NCBI GenBank assembly: GCA_963716745.1
Contig: OY970320.1
Coordinates: 2,944,001-3,008,000 of the forward strand
Length of the DNA: 64,000 nt
Direction of reading: 5' to 3'
Source of the DNA: an uncultured Gemmatimonadaceae bacterium
GTDB taxonomy: Bacteria; Gemmatimonadota; Gemmatimonadetes; Gemmatimonadales; Gemmatimonadaceae
The notes beneath the pieces are model-generated. The model did not search any database, was not told the DNA's origin, and worked only from the letters and a program-made list of their open reading frames with translations. Of the stretch, positions 1 to 9,338 are shown piece by piece. Positions within the stretch are counted from its first letter, which is position 1; the number at the start of each line of letters is the position of its first letter. A program made the position numbers and the translations under genes.

Positions 1-483
1 CACCAGCAGCCGCGCGGTGACGTCGCGCCGCTTCGCCGAGAAGACGAGCGTCTTCTTGGGCGTGCCGGGCTTCTTCTCCGGCTGGGCGACGGGAGTGCCA
101 CACGCGGCGCAGAAGGCATCGAACTCGGGCCGCACCGTGTTGCCGCACGTCGGGCAGGCGGCCGCGGGCGTGAGCGTCGCGTCGGTGCGGCGGCCGCAGT
201 GCGGGCAGAAGGGCAGGCCGCTCTCGATCACGTTCGAGCACCAGCCGCAGGTGATCACGGCGCCCGGCGCATTGTGCCGAGTGGGATTGACGATGGAGAT
301 CGCGGGTTGCGCACCGGTGATGCGGCGCACACTGGGACTGGGCCGCCGGTGCGACGGGATGCGCGGCGAGCGCTCGGCGGGCGCGGACGACGATGCGGAC
401 GCGTTGGCCAGCGGCTTTCCGCAATCGACGCAGAAACGCGAATCCTGCGCGTTCGTCTGGCCACAGAAACCACAGGGATTCAA
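1..483 (-). CDS. Multi zinc-ribbon (double zinc ribbon-type) protein, N-terminal part; runs off the left edge
   Basis: Not in the ORF track because there is no stop in the window. Manual translation from TTG at 483 gives NPCGFCGQTNAQDSRFCVDCGKPL...TCGWCSNVIESGLPFCPHCG...ACPTCGNTVRPEFDAFCAACG, i.e. three CxxC-x~10-FCxxCG units, open to base 1. Confidence 0.8.
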   Translation of the reverse strand, partial: MNPCGFCGQTNAQDSRFCVDCGKPLANASASSSAPAERSPRIPSHRRPSPSVRRITGAQPAISIVNPTRHNAPGAVITCGWCSNVIESGLPFCPHCGRRTDATLTPAAACPTCGNTVRPEFDAFCAACGTPVAQPEKKPGTPKKTLVFSAKRRDVTARLLV

Positions 484-625
484 GCTGATGCCTCGGGGGG
501 TGTCCCGGGTAAGACGCTTAAGGATGCGAACAAGTCAACAGTATCGTCAACCAACCGCAAGACGGAAAATGACTTATATCACATCCGCCTCCCCCGCGGT
601 TGGCCGGGGTGCTAGCTTCCTCGCC

Positions 626-2548
626 ATGCGAGTCCCAAGAATCGCCAGACTGGCGGCCGCTGCCTGGTTCGCGGCCGGTTGTGCGAGCGCCGGCGGCCCG
701 AAAACGGAAGCGCCCGCCGCCAGTCCTGCGGCCGCTGGCGAGGGTGCGGGAGCCGGTGCGCCGGCGCTGCCGCCGATCCCCGAGGTGACCGGAAAGCTCG
801 TTATCCGCGTGGTCTATCCCACGCCTGAGCACGTGATCGAGTCGCGCGATTCGAATTTCGTCATGGGGTCGGTGGGGAACGGCAAGGCGACGCTCACGAT
901 AAACGGCACGCCCGTGCCGGTCGCGCCGAACGGCGCATTCCTCGCGTTCCTGCCGCTGCCGCCGCGCGAGACTTCGCGCTACGATCTGGTGGCGACCGCC
1001 GGCGCCGACACCGCGAGCCTGGCGTATACGATCAAGCTGCCATTGCCGGTGGTGCACTTCGCGCCGCTCGGTGTGCTCACGTACGACAGTTCCAGCGTGG
1101 TGCCGGCGCCCTCGGCGCGCCTCGCGCTTCGCGACGATGAGATGGTGCGCGTCTCGATCCGCGCGCCCTCGAACGCCACCGTGGTCTGGCGCGGCGACGC
1201 GGGCGCCGGAGCGCCGCTCGTGAACGGCGCCGCGCCACTCGGCGCGCGGCTCTTCGGCACTCCCGGCGCCGTAGCGCCCACATGGAAGAACGGAGGCGAT
1301 CCCGAACAATTCGCGGTGGATCTTCCGGCGCGGCTGCTCCGCGCGCGCACCGAACTCGTGATCGCGCGCGGCGACGATACGCTGCACGTATTGTTGGGCA
1401 GCGTCGCGCCCGCCCCGACGCCCGGCACCCTCGTGATGCTCGGCGCCGACAGCTCGAGCGTGAGCGACACCGACCGCACCGTGATCGGGCGGCCCATTCC
1501 CGCCGGTACGTACAAGTGGTTCCTCTTCCCGGGCACGGTCGTGCCGGTCACGGGCTGGAACGGCGACTTCGCGCGCGTTCGGCTTGACGGGTCGCTCGAG
1601 ATCTGGGTGAGCGCGTCCGAGACCCGATTGCTGCCGGCCGGATCGCCGGCGCCGCGTCGAGTCACTGGGCAGGCGCGCATCATTCCCGCGCCCGGCTGGG
1701 TGGACTTCGTGGTCCCCACGGGCGCGCGGCCGGCGTTCTTCGTGGAAGAAGACGCGCACGATCTGGTGCTCACGCTCTACGACACACAGTTCAGCACCGA
1801 CCTCATCCACTACGGCGAGAACGATTCGCTGGTGCGCGCGGCACAGTGGACGCCCGACGCGAGTGACCGCGGCCATTTCACGCTGCATCTCGCGCAAGCG
1901 CCGTACGGCTACCTCGTGATGTGGGACAAGGACCGCGCGTCCGTGGTGCTGCGCGTGCGCCGCCCGCCGGCGGTGGATCCGCACGCCCCGCTCAAGGGAA
2001 TGCTCATCGCCGTGGATCCGGGCCATCCGCCGATCGGCGCCACCGGACCCACCGGACTGTACGAGCCAGTGCCCACGCTCGCGATCGGGTTCGAGGTGAA
2101 GCGGCTGCTCGAAGCCGAGGGCGCCACGGTGTACATGACGCGCACCACTGCCGATCCCGTCGCGCTCAACGACCGCCCCACCATGATCCGCCGCTCGAAC
2201 GCGAACGCCGCCGTGTCGATCCACTTGAACGCGCTGCCCGACGGTGTGAATCCGTTCATCTCGAACGGCACCGGCGCCTATTACTTCTGGCCGCAGTCCA
2301 TTCCGCTCGCGCGCGAGCTGCAGCTCGGCATGGTGAGCCGCATGGGACTCAGGAACCTCGGCATCAACTACGACAACCTCGCGCTCGCGCGTCCCACCTG
2401 GATGCCGGCGGTGCTCTGCGAAGGTGCGTTCCTGATGCTGCCCGACCAGGAGGCGGCCCTCCGCACGCCAGAATTCCAGCGCGCATACGCGCGCGGCGTG
2501 GTGGACGGCCTGGAACGGTATTTCCGCTCGCTCGCTTCCGCGAAATGA
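626..2548 (+). CDS. N-acetylmuramoyl-L-alanine amidase (Amidase_3), probable lipoprotein
   Basis: C-terminal motifs AVDPGH, SIHLNA and VLCEGAF. Lipobox-like FAAGC after ATG 626, used instead of the ORF-track start at 17. Confidence 0.88.
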   Translation: MRVPRIARLAAAAWFAAGCASAGGPKTEAPAASPAAAGEGAGAGAPALPPIPEVTGKLVIRVVYPTPEHVIESRDSNFVMGSVGNGKATLTINGTPVPVAPNGAFLAFLPLPPRETSRYDLVATAGADTASLAYTIKLPLPVVHFAPLGVLTYDSSSVVPAPSARLALRDDEMVRVSIRAPSNATVVWRGDAGAGAPLVNGAAPLGARLFGTPGAVAPTWKNGGDPEQFAVDLPARLLRARTELVIARGDDTLHVLLGSVAPAPTPGTLVMLGADSSSVSDTDRTVIGRPIPAGTYKWFLFPGTVVPVTGWNGDFARVRLDGSLEIWVSASETRLLPAGSPAPRRVTGQARIIPAPGWVDFVVPTGARPAFFVEEDAHDLVLTLYDTQFSTDLIHYGENDSLVRAAQWTPDASDRGHFTLHLAQAPYGYLVMWDKDRASVVLRVRRPPAVDPHAPLKGMLIAVDPGHPPIGATGPTGLYEPVPTLAIGFEVKRLLEAEGATVYMTRTTADPVALNDRPTMIRRSNANAAVSIHLNALPDGVNPFISNGTGAYYFWPQSIPLARELQLGMVSRMGLRNLGINYDNLALARPTWMPAVLCEGAFLMLPDQEAALRTPEFQRAYARGVVDGLERYFRSLASAK

Positions 2549-5436
2549 GACGTGGAAGGGCGCCCTTCGCGGCGCTGTGCTCGCTCGTGCTGTTGTGCGG
2601 CGCGGGACGCGCCGCGGCGCAGAGCGTGCCGCCCGACGGGAGCTGGCGCACGATCACGACGGCGCATTTCCGCGTGCATTTCCTGCCGCAAGTCGAAGGC
2701 CCCGCGAGGCGCGCGGCGGCGCAAGCCGAGATCGCCTACGCCAAGCTGGCGAAGCACCTCCACACGCCGCGCGGCGTCGTGGATCTCGTGATCGCCGACA
2801 ACGTGGATTTCTCGAACGGATTCACGACGGTCTTCCCCACCAATCGAATCACGATCTACGCGCTGCCCGGGCTCGACGATCCGTCGCTCGAATTCTACGA
2901 CAGCTGGTTCGAGCAGATCACGACGCACGAACTCACGCACACCTTCCAGCTCGACCGCACCGCCGGATGGTGGGCGATCGGGCAGGACATGCTCGGCCGC
3001 GCGCCGCTGCTCTTCCCGAACACGTACGAGCCGGCGTGGATGACCGAGGGGCTCGCCGTGTACTACGAGAGCGCGCTCACCGACGCGGGACGTGTGAACG
3101 GCACGATCTCCTCGATGGTGGTGCGCTCCACGGCGCAGAAGAACGCGCTGCCCTACTACGATCGCTGGAGCCTCGCGACCACGGTCTATCCGTACGGCAA
3201 CACCTCGTACGATTACGGCGCGGAGTTCCTGGACTATCTCGCGACCGTACACGGCGAGCCAACGCTCGGCGATCTCGTGGAGCGTGCGAGCCGCCGGCCC
3301 ATCCCGTTCACCTACAATGGCGCCGCGAGCGGCGCGTTCGGCATCTCGTTCGCCGACGCGTGGCAGCGGTGGCGCGATTCGCTCGCGCTCTCGGTGCACG
3401 GTCTTCCGCCCGCGGCCGAGCCGATGCCGGGATGGCACGATCTCACGCACACCGGCTACGACGCGGTCCGCCCACGCTGGGCGGACGATGGCACGCTTCT
3501 CTACGCCGGCAATCTCGGCAAGAGCTTCACCGCGGCGTATTCGCTCGACACCACGGGCGCCGAGCGGAGCGAAGGGCGCCGCAACAGCTTCGACACGCAG
3601 GTGCCGATGTCCAACGGCGGGATTTTGTATGCGCAGCTCGAGTACACCGATCCATATCACGTGCGATCCGATCTCTACACGGAACTGGCCGGCAAGAAGA
3701 CCAAGCTCACGCACGGTGCGCGTCTCGCGCAGCCGGACGCGCGCGGCGACGGCGCGATCGTGGCGGTGCGCTACGAACCCGCGACCACCACGCTCGTACG
3801 CGTGAGCGCCGACGGCCGCGCGATCACGCCGCTCACCGGCACCGCGGCCGACACCGAATGGGCCGAGCCGCGCTGGTCACCGAACGGCGCGCTCATCGCG
3901 GCCACGCGCTGGACGCGCGGCGCCTACGCCGACGTCGTGGTGATGGACACGACCGGACGGATCGTGCGGGTGTTCACGCACGACCGCGCATTCGACGCGT
4001 CGCCGTCGTGGAGCCCCGACGGGCGCGCGGTGCTCTTCACGTCCAACCGCACCGGCGCGCAGAACGTGTACATCGCGCTCGTCGACGGCGATGCGCCGCC
4101 GCGCCGCATCGGGAACGCGAGCTCGGGCATGTTCTATCCATCGCTCAGTGCCGACGGTCGCACGCTCGCCGCCGTGCGCTACGACGCCGACGGTGACCAT
4201 GTGGGCGTCGCGCCGTTCGACACGAGCGGCGCCGCGCCCACGCCGCTCGACAGCTCGTTCCTGGCGCCGCCCTACGCTGCGGCGGCGAGCGACACGTCGG
4301 CGTCTACGTCGTACTCACCCTTCCCCGCGCTCTGGCCGCATTACTGGCTGCCTGCGATCGGGTTCAACACGCTGAACGGCATCACGCTCGGCGCGTACAC
4401 GAGTGGCAGCGACGTGATCGGGCGCCATGTCTACTATGTGCAGGCGCTGTTCGACCCGTGGCACTACCAGAATGTGTTCGATGCGGCGTACGCCTACGCG
4501 GGGCTGGGCCAGCCGGTCATGTCGCTGGAAGCGACGCAATACTGGGATCAGTTCAACGATCCGATCGGACCATCGGGCGGAACGCTGTTCCGGCGCACGC
4601 GCGCGATGAACCTCACGGCCACCGTGCGGCGCCTGCGCGTGTATTCCACGGCGTTCGCGTCGCTCTCCGCCGGGATCCTGCAGAAGCACTACACGACCAC
4701 GCCCGACTCGCTGCTGCCTCTGCTGCCGGCCTACTATTCGAGCGATCCCGATTTCTGGTCCGTCGGCGCGGCAGCGGGCTACGCGAACGCGGCGACGCCG
4801 CCCACCGGTGTGTCGCCCGAGGACGGGATCAGCACGAACGTCGCCGCGACGTTCCGCTGGCTCGACGGCGAGAGCGCTCTCTGGTCGCAGAGCCTGCAGG
4901 CATCGATGAGCGGCTACGTCGCGCTCGCGCACGGCAGCTTCGCGCATCCGGTGCTTCGCGCGCGCGTGGCGGCCGGGGCCACGAGCGGCAGCAATCCGAT
5001 GCTCTTCGATCTGGGCGGCGTGAGCGGCGGAGGCGTGGTGCTGCTGCCCGGCGTAACGCTCGGCTCGCCGCGCTACTTTCCGGTGCGTGGCTTCACGGCG
5101 GGCGTGGAGAGTGGCGAGCGGATCGTGTCGGGCACGGTGGAGCTCGTGCTGCCGCTGGCCGGCATCCATCACGGCTTTGGATTCTTCCCGATCTTCCTCG
5201 ATCGCAGCAGCCTGACACTATTCAGCGACGCCGGCAGCTCCTGGGCGCCCGGCGAATCCGGCGGCGCGAGCACACGACCCATCGCCTCCGCCGGCGCCGA
5301 GGTCACGATCTTCGTGGGCGTACCATATGATGCGGCGTACGCGCTCCGGTTCGGCGTGGCAGTTCCCTACGAGAACCAGAGCGGCGTCGCGACGCCCGCC
5401 GTGACGTTCTATTTCACGTTGGGAGTGGGCAACTAA
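2545..5436 (+). CDS. Exported protein: zincin-like HExxH domain, TolB/PD40 beta-propeller and C-terminal beta-barrel
   Basis: Signal peptide ending AAAQ; THELTH...WMTEG; repeats AEPRWSPNG and ASPSWSPDG; barrel-like C-terminus. ATGA overlap with the amidase stop. Confidence 0.75.
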   Translation: MRRGRAPFAALCSLVLLCGAGRAAAQSVPPDGSWRTITTAHFRVHFLPQVEGPARRAAAQAEIAYAKLAKHLHTPRGVVDLVIADNVDFSNGFTTVFPTNRITIYALPGLDDPSLEFYDSWFEQITTHELTHTFQLDRTAGWWAIGQDMLGRAPLLFPNTYEPAWMTEGLAVYYESALTDAGRVNGTISSMVVRSTAQKNALPYYDRWSLATTVYPYGNTSYDYGAEFLDYLATVHGEPTLGDLVERASRRPIPFTYNGAASGAFGISFADAWQRWRDSLALSVHGLPPAAEPMPGWHDLTHTGYDAVRPRWADDGTLLYAGNLGKSFTAAYSLDTTGAERSEGRRNSFDTQVPMSNGGILYAQLEYTDPYHVRSDLYTELAGKKTKLTHGARLAQPDARGDGAIVAVRYEPATTTLVRVSADGRAITPLTGTAADTEWAEPRWSPNGALIAATRWTRGAYADVVVMDTTGRIVRVFTHDRAFDASPSWSPDGRAVLFTSNRTGAQNVYIALVDGDAPPRRIGNASSGMFYPSLSADGRTLAAVRYDADGDHVGVAPFDTSGAAPTPLDSSFLAPPYAAAASDTSASTSYSPFPALWPHYWLPAIGFNTLNGITLGAYTSGSDVIGRHVYYVQALFDPWHYQNVFDAAYAYAGLGQPVMSLEATQYWDQFNDPIGPSGGTLFRRTRAMNLTATVRRLRVYSTAFASLSAGILQKHYTTTPDSLLPLLPAYYSSDPDFWSVGAAAGYANAATPPTGVSPEDGISTNVAATFRWLDGESALWSQSLQASMSGYVALAHGSFAHPVLRARVAAGATSGSNPMLFDLGGVSGGGVVLLPGVTLGSPRYFPVRGFTAGVESGERIVSGTVELVLPLAGIHHGFGFFPIFLDRSSLTLFSDAGSSWAPGESGGASTRPIASAGAEVTIFVGVPYDAAYALRFGVAVPYENQSGVATPAVTFYFTLGVGN

Positions 5437-5557
5437 CAGCTTGACAGGATGAACATGATTGGCTTGATGGACGTCGCCCCTCGAGGATCTCGGCGCCGTA
5501 ACCCCAAAGCAGTCATCCTGTTAATCATGCCCTTAATCATGTAATCCTGTCAAAGCT
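5437..5557. repeat. Palindromic element family A, copy 1
   Basis: TTGACAGGATGAACATGATT ... AATCATGTAATCCTGTCAA inverted arms, homologous to 12364-12461. Confidence 0.85.
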
Positions 5558-5664
5558 CTTGTTTTTTTAACGTGTTTCCAGGCAAGTCGCCTCGCGAATC
5601 ACGTCATTTTGCACCGAAAGGTCGGTCATGATTTCGTCGCTTCTCGATACGAATCCCGTGCATC

Positions 5665-5720
5665 GTTACATGTGTAACCTATTGTAACCTTGTCATTTGT
5701 CTGGTAGTCGTTATTATGCT
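5665..5720 (+). promoter_or_regulatory. Candidate sigma70 promoter for nrdJ with upstream operator-like palindrome
   Basis: TTGTCA (5690-5695), 16 nt spacer, TATTAT (5712-5717) in an AT-rich patch. GTTACA-TG-TGTAAC at 5665-5678 and a further TGTAAC at 5683-5688. Confidence 0.45.
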
Positions 5721-5958
5721 TCCCTCCGGCTTCGGCCGGGCTTTTCTGCGGCGCGCGCACCGAAGGGTGTACGGCGCCGCGGTGTCGTTCGAGGGTCTCC
5801 GGATCGGCAGGTCTTGCGGTAACGCATTGCCGTTGAGTCGTTTACCGTCGTATTTGTGCGGATACACGAGCCGCATTTCGTGAATCGCGCTTGTGTGTCT
5901 CGCATTGCCGTTCTAAGTCTCAAGCAGCATTCGCTTCATCTTCAAGGAGAGCTCCGAC

Positions 5959-8448
5959 ATGTCCCTGCCCGCCAAGCCCCCCGCGATTCCCGCCTCGCTC
6001 AGTGACAACGCCCGGATCGTGCTCGAGAAGCGCTATCTGGTGAAGAACGAGAAGGGGAAGCCTGTCGAGACGCCCGAATCACTCTTCTGGCGGGTAGCGA
6101 CGGTGGTCGCGGGCGCTGATGCGCGGTATGGCGCGAGCGAGGGCGCGGTGGAGACCGTCGCCGAGGAGTTCTACGCGCTCATGACGCAGCGCCGCTTCGA
6201 GCCGAACTCGCCGACGCTCATGAATGCCGGCCGTCCGCTCGGACAGCTCTCGGCGTGCTTCGTGCTGCCGGTGGAGGATTCGCTGTCGAACGGCCACACC
6301 GGCATCTACGACACGCTGCGCTCCATGGCGCTCATCCATCAGTCGGGCGGCGGCACGGGATTCTCGTTCTCGCGCCTGCGCCCCAAGGGCTCCATGGTGC
6401 GCTCCACCACCGGCGTGGCGAGCGGCCCCGTGTCGTTCATGAAGCTCTACGACGCGAGCACCGATGCGGTGAAGCAGGGCGGCACGCGCCGCGGCGCGAA
6501 CATGGGGATCCTGCGCGTGGATCACCCGGACATCATGGACTTCATCACGTGCAAGGAAGACCTGACGCAGATCGTGAACTTCAACATCTCCGTCGCCGTG
6601 ACGGACATGTTCATGAAGGCCGTGCGCGCGGGCGCCGAATACGATCTCGTGGATCCGGTCACGAAGAAGGTGACGGGCACGCTCGACGCGCGCATGGTGT
6701 GGGACAAGATGATCGACGGCGCGTGGCGCACCGGTGAGCCGGGCTGCTTCTTCATCGACGAGGCCAACCGCTTCAACCCGGTGCCGCACCTCGGCACGTA
6801 CGAAGCGACGAATCCGTGCGGCGAGCAGCCGCTGCTCGCGTACGATGTCTGCAATCTGGGCTCGGTCAACGTCGGCTACTATGTGAAGGATGGCGCGCTG
6901 GATTGGGAGGCGTTCCGCCGCGACATCCAGCTCTCGACGCACTTCCTCGACAACATCATCGACGTCAACAAGTACCCACTGGCCGAGATCGACGATCTCA
7001 GCAAGCGGATCCGCCGCATCGGCCTCGGCCTCATGGGCTTCGCCGACGTGCTCGTGCGTCTCGGCATCCCGTACGATTCCGAGGAGGGCGTGGAGCTGGG
7101 CCGCAAGGTCATGGAGTTCCTGGACGTCGAATCGAAGAAGGAGAGCGAGCGCCTCGCGAAGGAGCGCGGCGCGTTCCCGGAGTGGGAGCGTTCCATTTGG
7201 GGCCCTGACGAGACCTGCGCGCGCGACGCGATGGGCAAGCGCATTCGTCCGATGCAGATGCTGCGCAATTGCAACGTGACCACGATCGCGCCCACCGGCA
7301 CGATCTCGATCATCGCCGGCTGCTCGTCGGGTCTCGAACCGCTCTTCGCGGTGGCGTTCATGCGCAATCAGGCGGGCGCGATGATGCCCGACGTGAACGA
7401 GGACTTCACGGCGATCGCGAAGCGCGAGGGCTGGTACAGCGACGCGCTCATGGAGCGGATCGCGAAGGAAGGGCACGTGGCGTTCGCCGAGGTGCCGGAG
7501 CGCTGGCAGCGCGTGTTCGTGACGGCGAACCAGATCGCACCCGAATGGCACATGCAGATGCAGGCGGCGTTCCAGAAGCACTGCGATTCCGCGATCTCGA
7601 AGACGACGAACTTCGCGCACACGGCGACGGTGGACGACGTCCGCACGATCTACGAGATGGCGTACGCGCTGAAGGCGAAGGGCGTCACGGTGTACCGCGA
7701 CGGTTCGCGCGACAACCAGGTGCTGTGCACGGGCGCCACGGAGACGGCGAAGGCGGTGCGCGAGGGCGGAACGGATTCGAAGCGCGAACTCGGCGAGCTC
7801 GCCGGCGAACTCGCGGAGAAGAACGCGGACATCGAACGGCTCAAGAAGGCGCTGTACGACGCGGAAGCGGAGAACCTCCAGCGCCGCGCGAAGCGTTCGC
7901 GTCCCGACAAGCTCCGCTCGACGTCGATCCGCAAGGAGACGCCGCTCGGCATCATGTTCGTGCACATCACCGAGGACGACCGCGGGCAGCCGTTCGAAGT
8001 GTTCATCACGCTCGGCAAGGCGGGCGGCAGCGCGATGGCCGACGCCGAAGCGGTGGGGCGGCTCATCTCGCTCGCGCTGCGCTCGGGGATCCCGCTGCCG
8101 GAGATCCACCGCCAGCTGCGCGGCATCAGCTCCGACCGCGCGGTGGGCCTCGGTCCGAACAAGGTGCTCTCGATGCCCGACGCGATCGGCCTGGCGCTCG
8201 AGGAATGGTGGCGCGACAAGCAGGGCGTGCAGCAGGAACTGCTCGCCGACGCGTCATCGAAGCCCGGCACCGCGCCGGCGCGCGAGCAGATCACCGCGAG
8301 CACGCAGAGCGGCGCGCAGACGCAAATGAAGTTCGACGGCCCGACCTCCGAGACCTTCATGGGCACGTGCCCCGACTGCGGATCGCAACTCGAGTACGCC
8401 GAGGGCTGCGTGAAATGCCACGTGTGCGGCTTCAGCGAATGCGGCTGA
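5959..8448 (+). CDS. nrdJ: Adenosylcobalamin-dependent (class II) ribonucleotide reductase
   Basis: PNSPTLMNAG, LSACFV, GGGTG, TNPCGEQ, IAPTGTIS and GVTVYRDGSR motifs; C-terminal TSCPD-like domain and CPDCG...CHVCGFSEC zinc ribbon; RBS AAGGAG. Confidence 0.95.
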   Translation: MSLPAKPPAIPASLSDNARIVLEKRYLVKNEKGKPVETPESLFWRVATVVAGADARYGASEGAVETVAEEFYALMTQRRFEPNSPTLMNAGRPLGQLSACFVLPVEDSLSNGHTGIYDTLRSMALIHQSGGGTGFSFSRLRPKGSMVRSTTGVASGPVSFMKLYDASTDAVKQGGTRRGANMGILRVDHPDIMDFITCKEDLTQIVNFNISVAVTDMFMKAVRAGAEYDLVDPVTKKVTGTLDARMVWDKMIDGAWRTGEPGCFFIDEANRFNPVPHLGTYEATNPCGEQPLLAYDVCNLGSVNVGYYVKDGALDWEAFRRDIQLSTHFLDNIIDVNKYPLAEIDDLSKRIRRIGLGLMGFADVLVRLGIPYDSEEGVELGRKVMEFLDVESKKESERLAKERGAFPEWERSIWGPDETCARDAMGKRIRPMQMLRNCNVTTIAPTGTISIIAGCSSGLEPLFAVAFMRNQAGAMMPDVNEDFTAIAKREGWYSDALMERIAKEGHVAFAEVPERWQRVFVTANQIAPEWHMQMQAAFQKHCDSAISKTTNFAHTATVDDVRTIYEMAYALKAKGVTVYRDGSRDNQVLCTGATETAKAVREGGTDSKRELGELAGELAEKNADIERLKKALYDAEAENLQRRAKRSRPDKLRSTSIRKETPLGIMFVHITEDDRGQPFEVFITLGKAGGSAMADAEAVGRLISLALRSGIPLPEIHRQLRGISSDRAVGLGPNKVLSMPDAIGLALEEWWRDKQGVQQELLADASSKPGTAPAREQITASTQSGAQTQMKFDGPTSETFMGTCPDCGSQLEYAEGCVKCHVCGFSECG

Positions 8449-8473
8449 GCTAAGTCGCAGTGCCGGATCGACG

Positions 8474-8510
8474 AGCGGGCCAGGTGCGATGCGCTTGGCC
8501 CGCTTTTTTT
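8474..8510 (+). terminator. Rho-independent terminator of nrdJ
   Basis: AGCGGGCCAGGTGC-GAT-GCGCTTGGCCCGC stem followed by a T run. Confidence 0.85.
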
Positions 8511-8540
8511 CTCGGTGCGCCATTCTCGATCCGAGCGCTC

Positions 8541-8775
8541 AGGAAGGATCACGCGAACTGCTTCAACGCGGATTATGCGGAAGCGGCGAATGATGCGCGG
8601 ATCGTTCTAGGCGCGATGAGAGCTATTCGCAGCCGGTCGAGTTCGTGTTGTTGTTGTTAACAGCAAAAGACAAGACGCTGACTGGGTGCATGATAGCTGT
8701 GACGCTCCGCGGAGTAATCCGCCAGATTCGCTGACTCCGCATGATCCGCGTCGAAGCAGTTCCGTGATCCTTTCT
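8541..8775. repeat. Palindromic MITE-like element family B
   Basis: About 60 nt imperfect terminal inverted arms: AGGAAGGATCACGCGAACTGCTTCAACGCGGATTATGCGG versus CCGCATGATCCGCGTCGAAGCAGTTCCGTGATCCTTTCT. Confidence 0.8.
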
Positions 8776-8871
8776 CATGAGCCTATGAACCCAAGATCGC
8801 GCCGCATGATCGGGTGGTTCATGCGAGCGAAAGATGATGCATCGATGAGACGAGACATGCGATGATCCGGG

Positions 8872-9258
8872 ATGGCACGATATCGATTTGATCGAGGACG
8901 GATCACCACAGTGTCATCGGCGCGTTCTACGAGGTCTATAGGATTCTTGGATTCGGCTTCCTTGAGCACATCTACGCTGCGGCGCTCGAGCGTGAATTGC
9001 TGTCGCGCGGCCACCACGTGAGCCGAGAGGTCGGTGTCGGATCAGTACAAGGACGAGGAGATCGGCCGTTCAGCGCATGGACATGGTGGTGGATCAGCGA
9101 GTCATCGTCGAGATCAAGGCGACATCGAACTGCTGCACGCCAGCGCCGAAGCGGCAGCTCTTCAACTATCTTCGTGCGACCGACTGGACGGTTGGCCTTC
9201 TGCTGCACTTCGGGCTGAGGCGCGGAGTTCCGGCGCCTGGTCTCGACGCGGCCGGTGA
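8872..9258 (+). pseudogene. GxxExxY protein (PD-(D/E)XK nuclease-like), broken by several frameshifts (decay or assembly indels)
   Basis: Fragments in different frames: VIGAFYEVYRILGFGFLEHIYAAALERELLSRG (GFLEHIY at 8955-8975), QYKDEEIG, RMDMVVDQRVIVEIKA, QLFNYLRATDWTVGLLLHFG. Confidence 0.85.
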
Positions 9259-9338
9259 GGGGTGCGAACTGGGCGCGCGGGGGCGATAAATTCGGACTCG
9301 CGTCATCCGGCACCATCCGACCTTGAATGAGGGGACCT

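Noticed and set aside
17..625. N-terminal 203 aa of ORF 17..2548
   Set aside because: It is the antisense shadow of the zinc-ribbon gene plus intergenic DNA; the lipoprotein signal begins at ATG 626.
5720..5958. Cobalamin riboswitch or NrdR boxes before nrdJ
   Set aside because: I could not find the conserved B12-box core or tandem NrdR consensus by eye.
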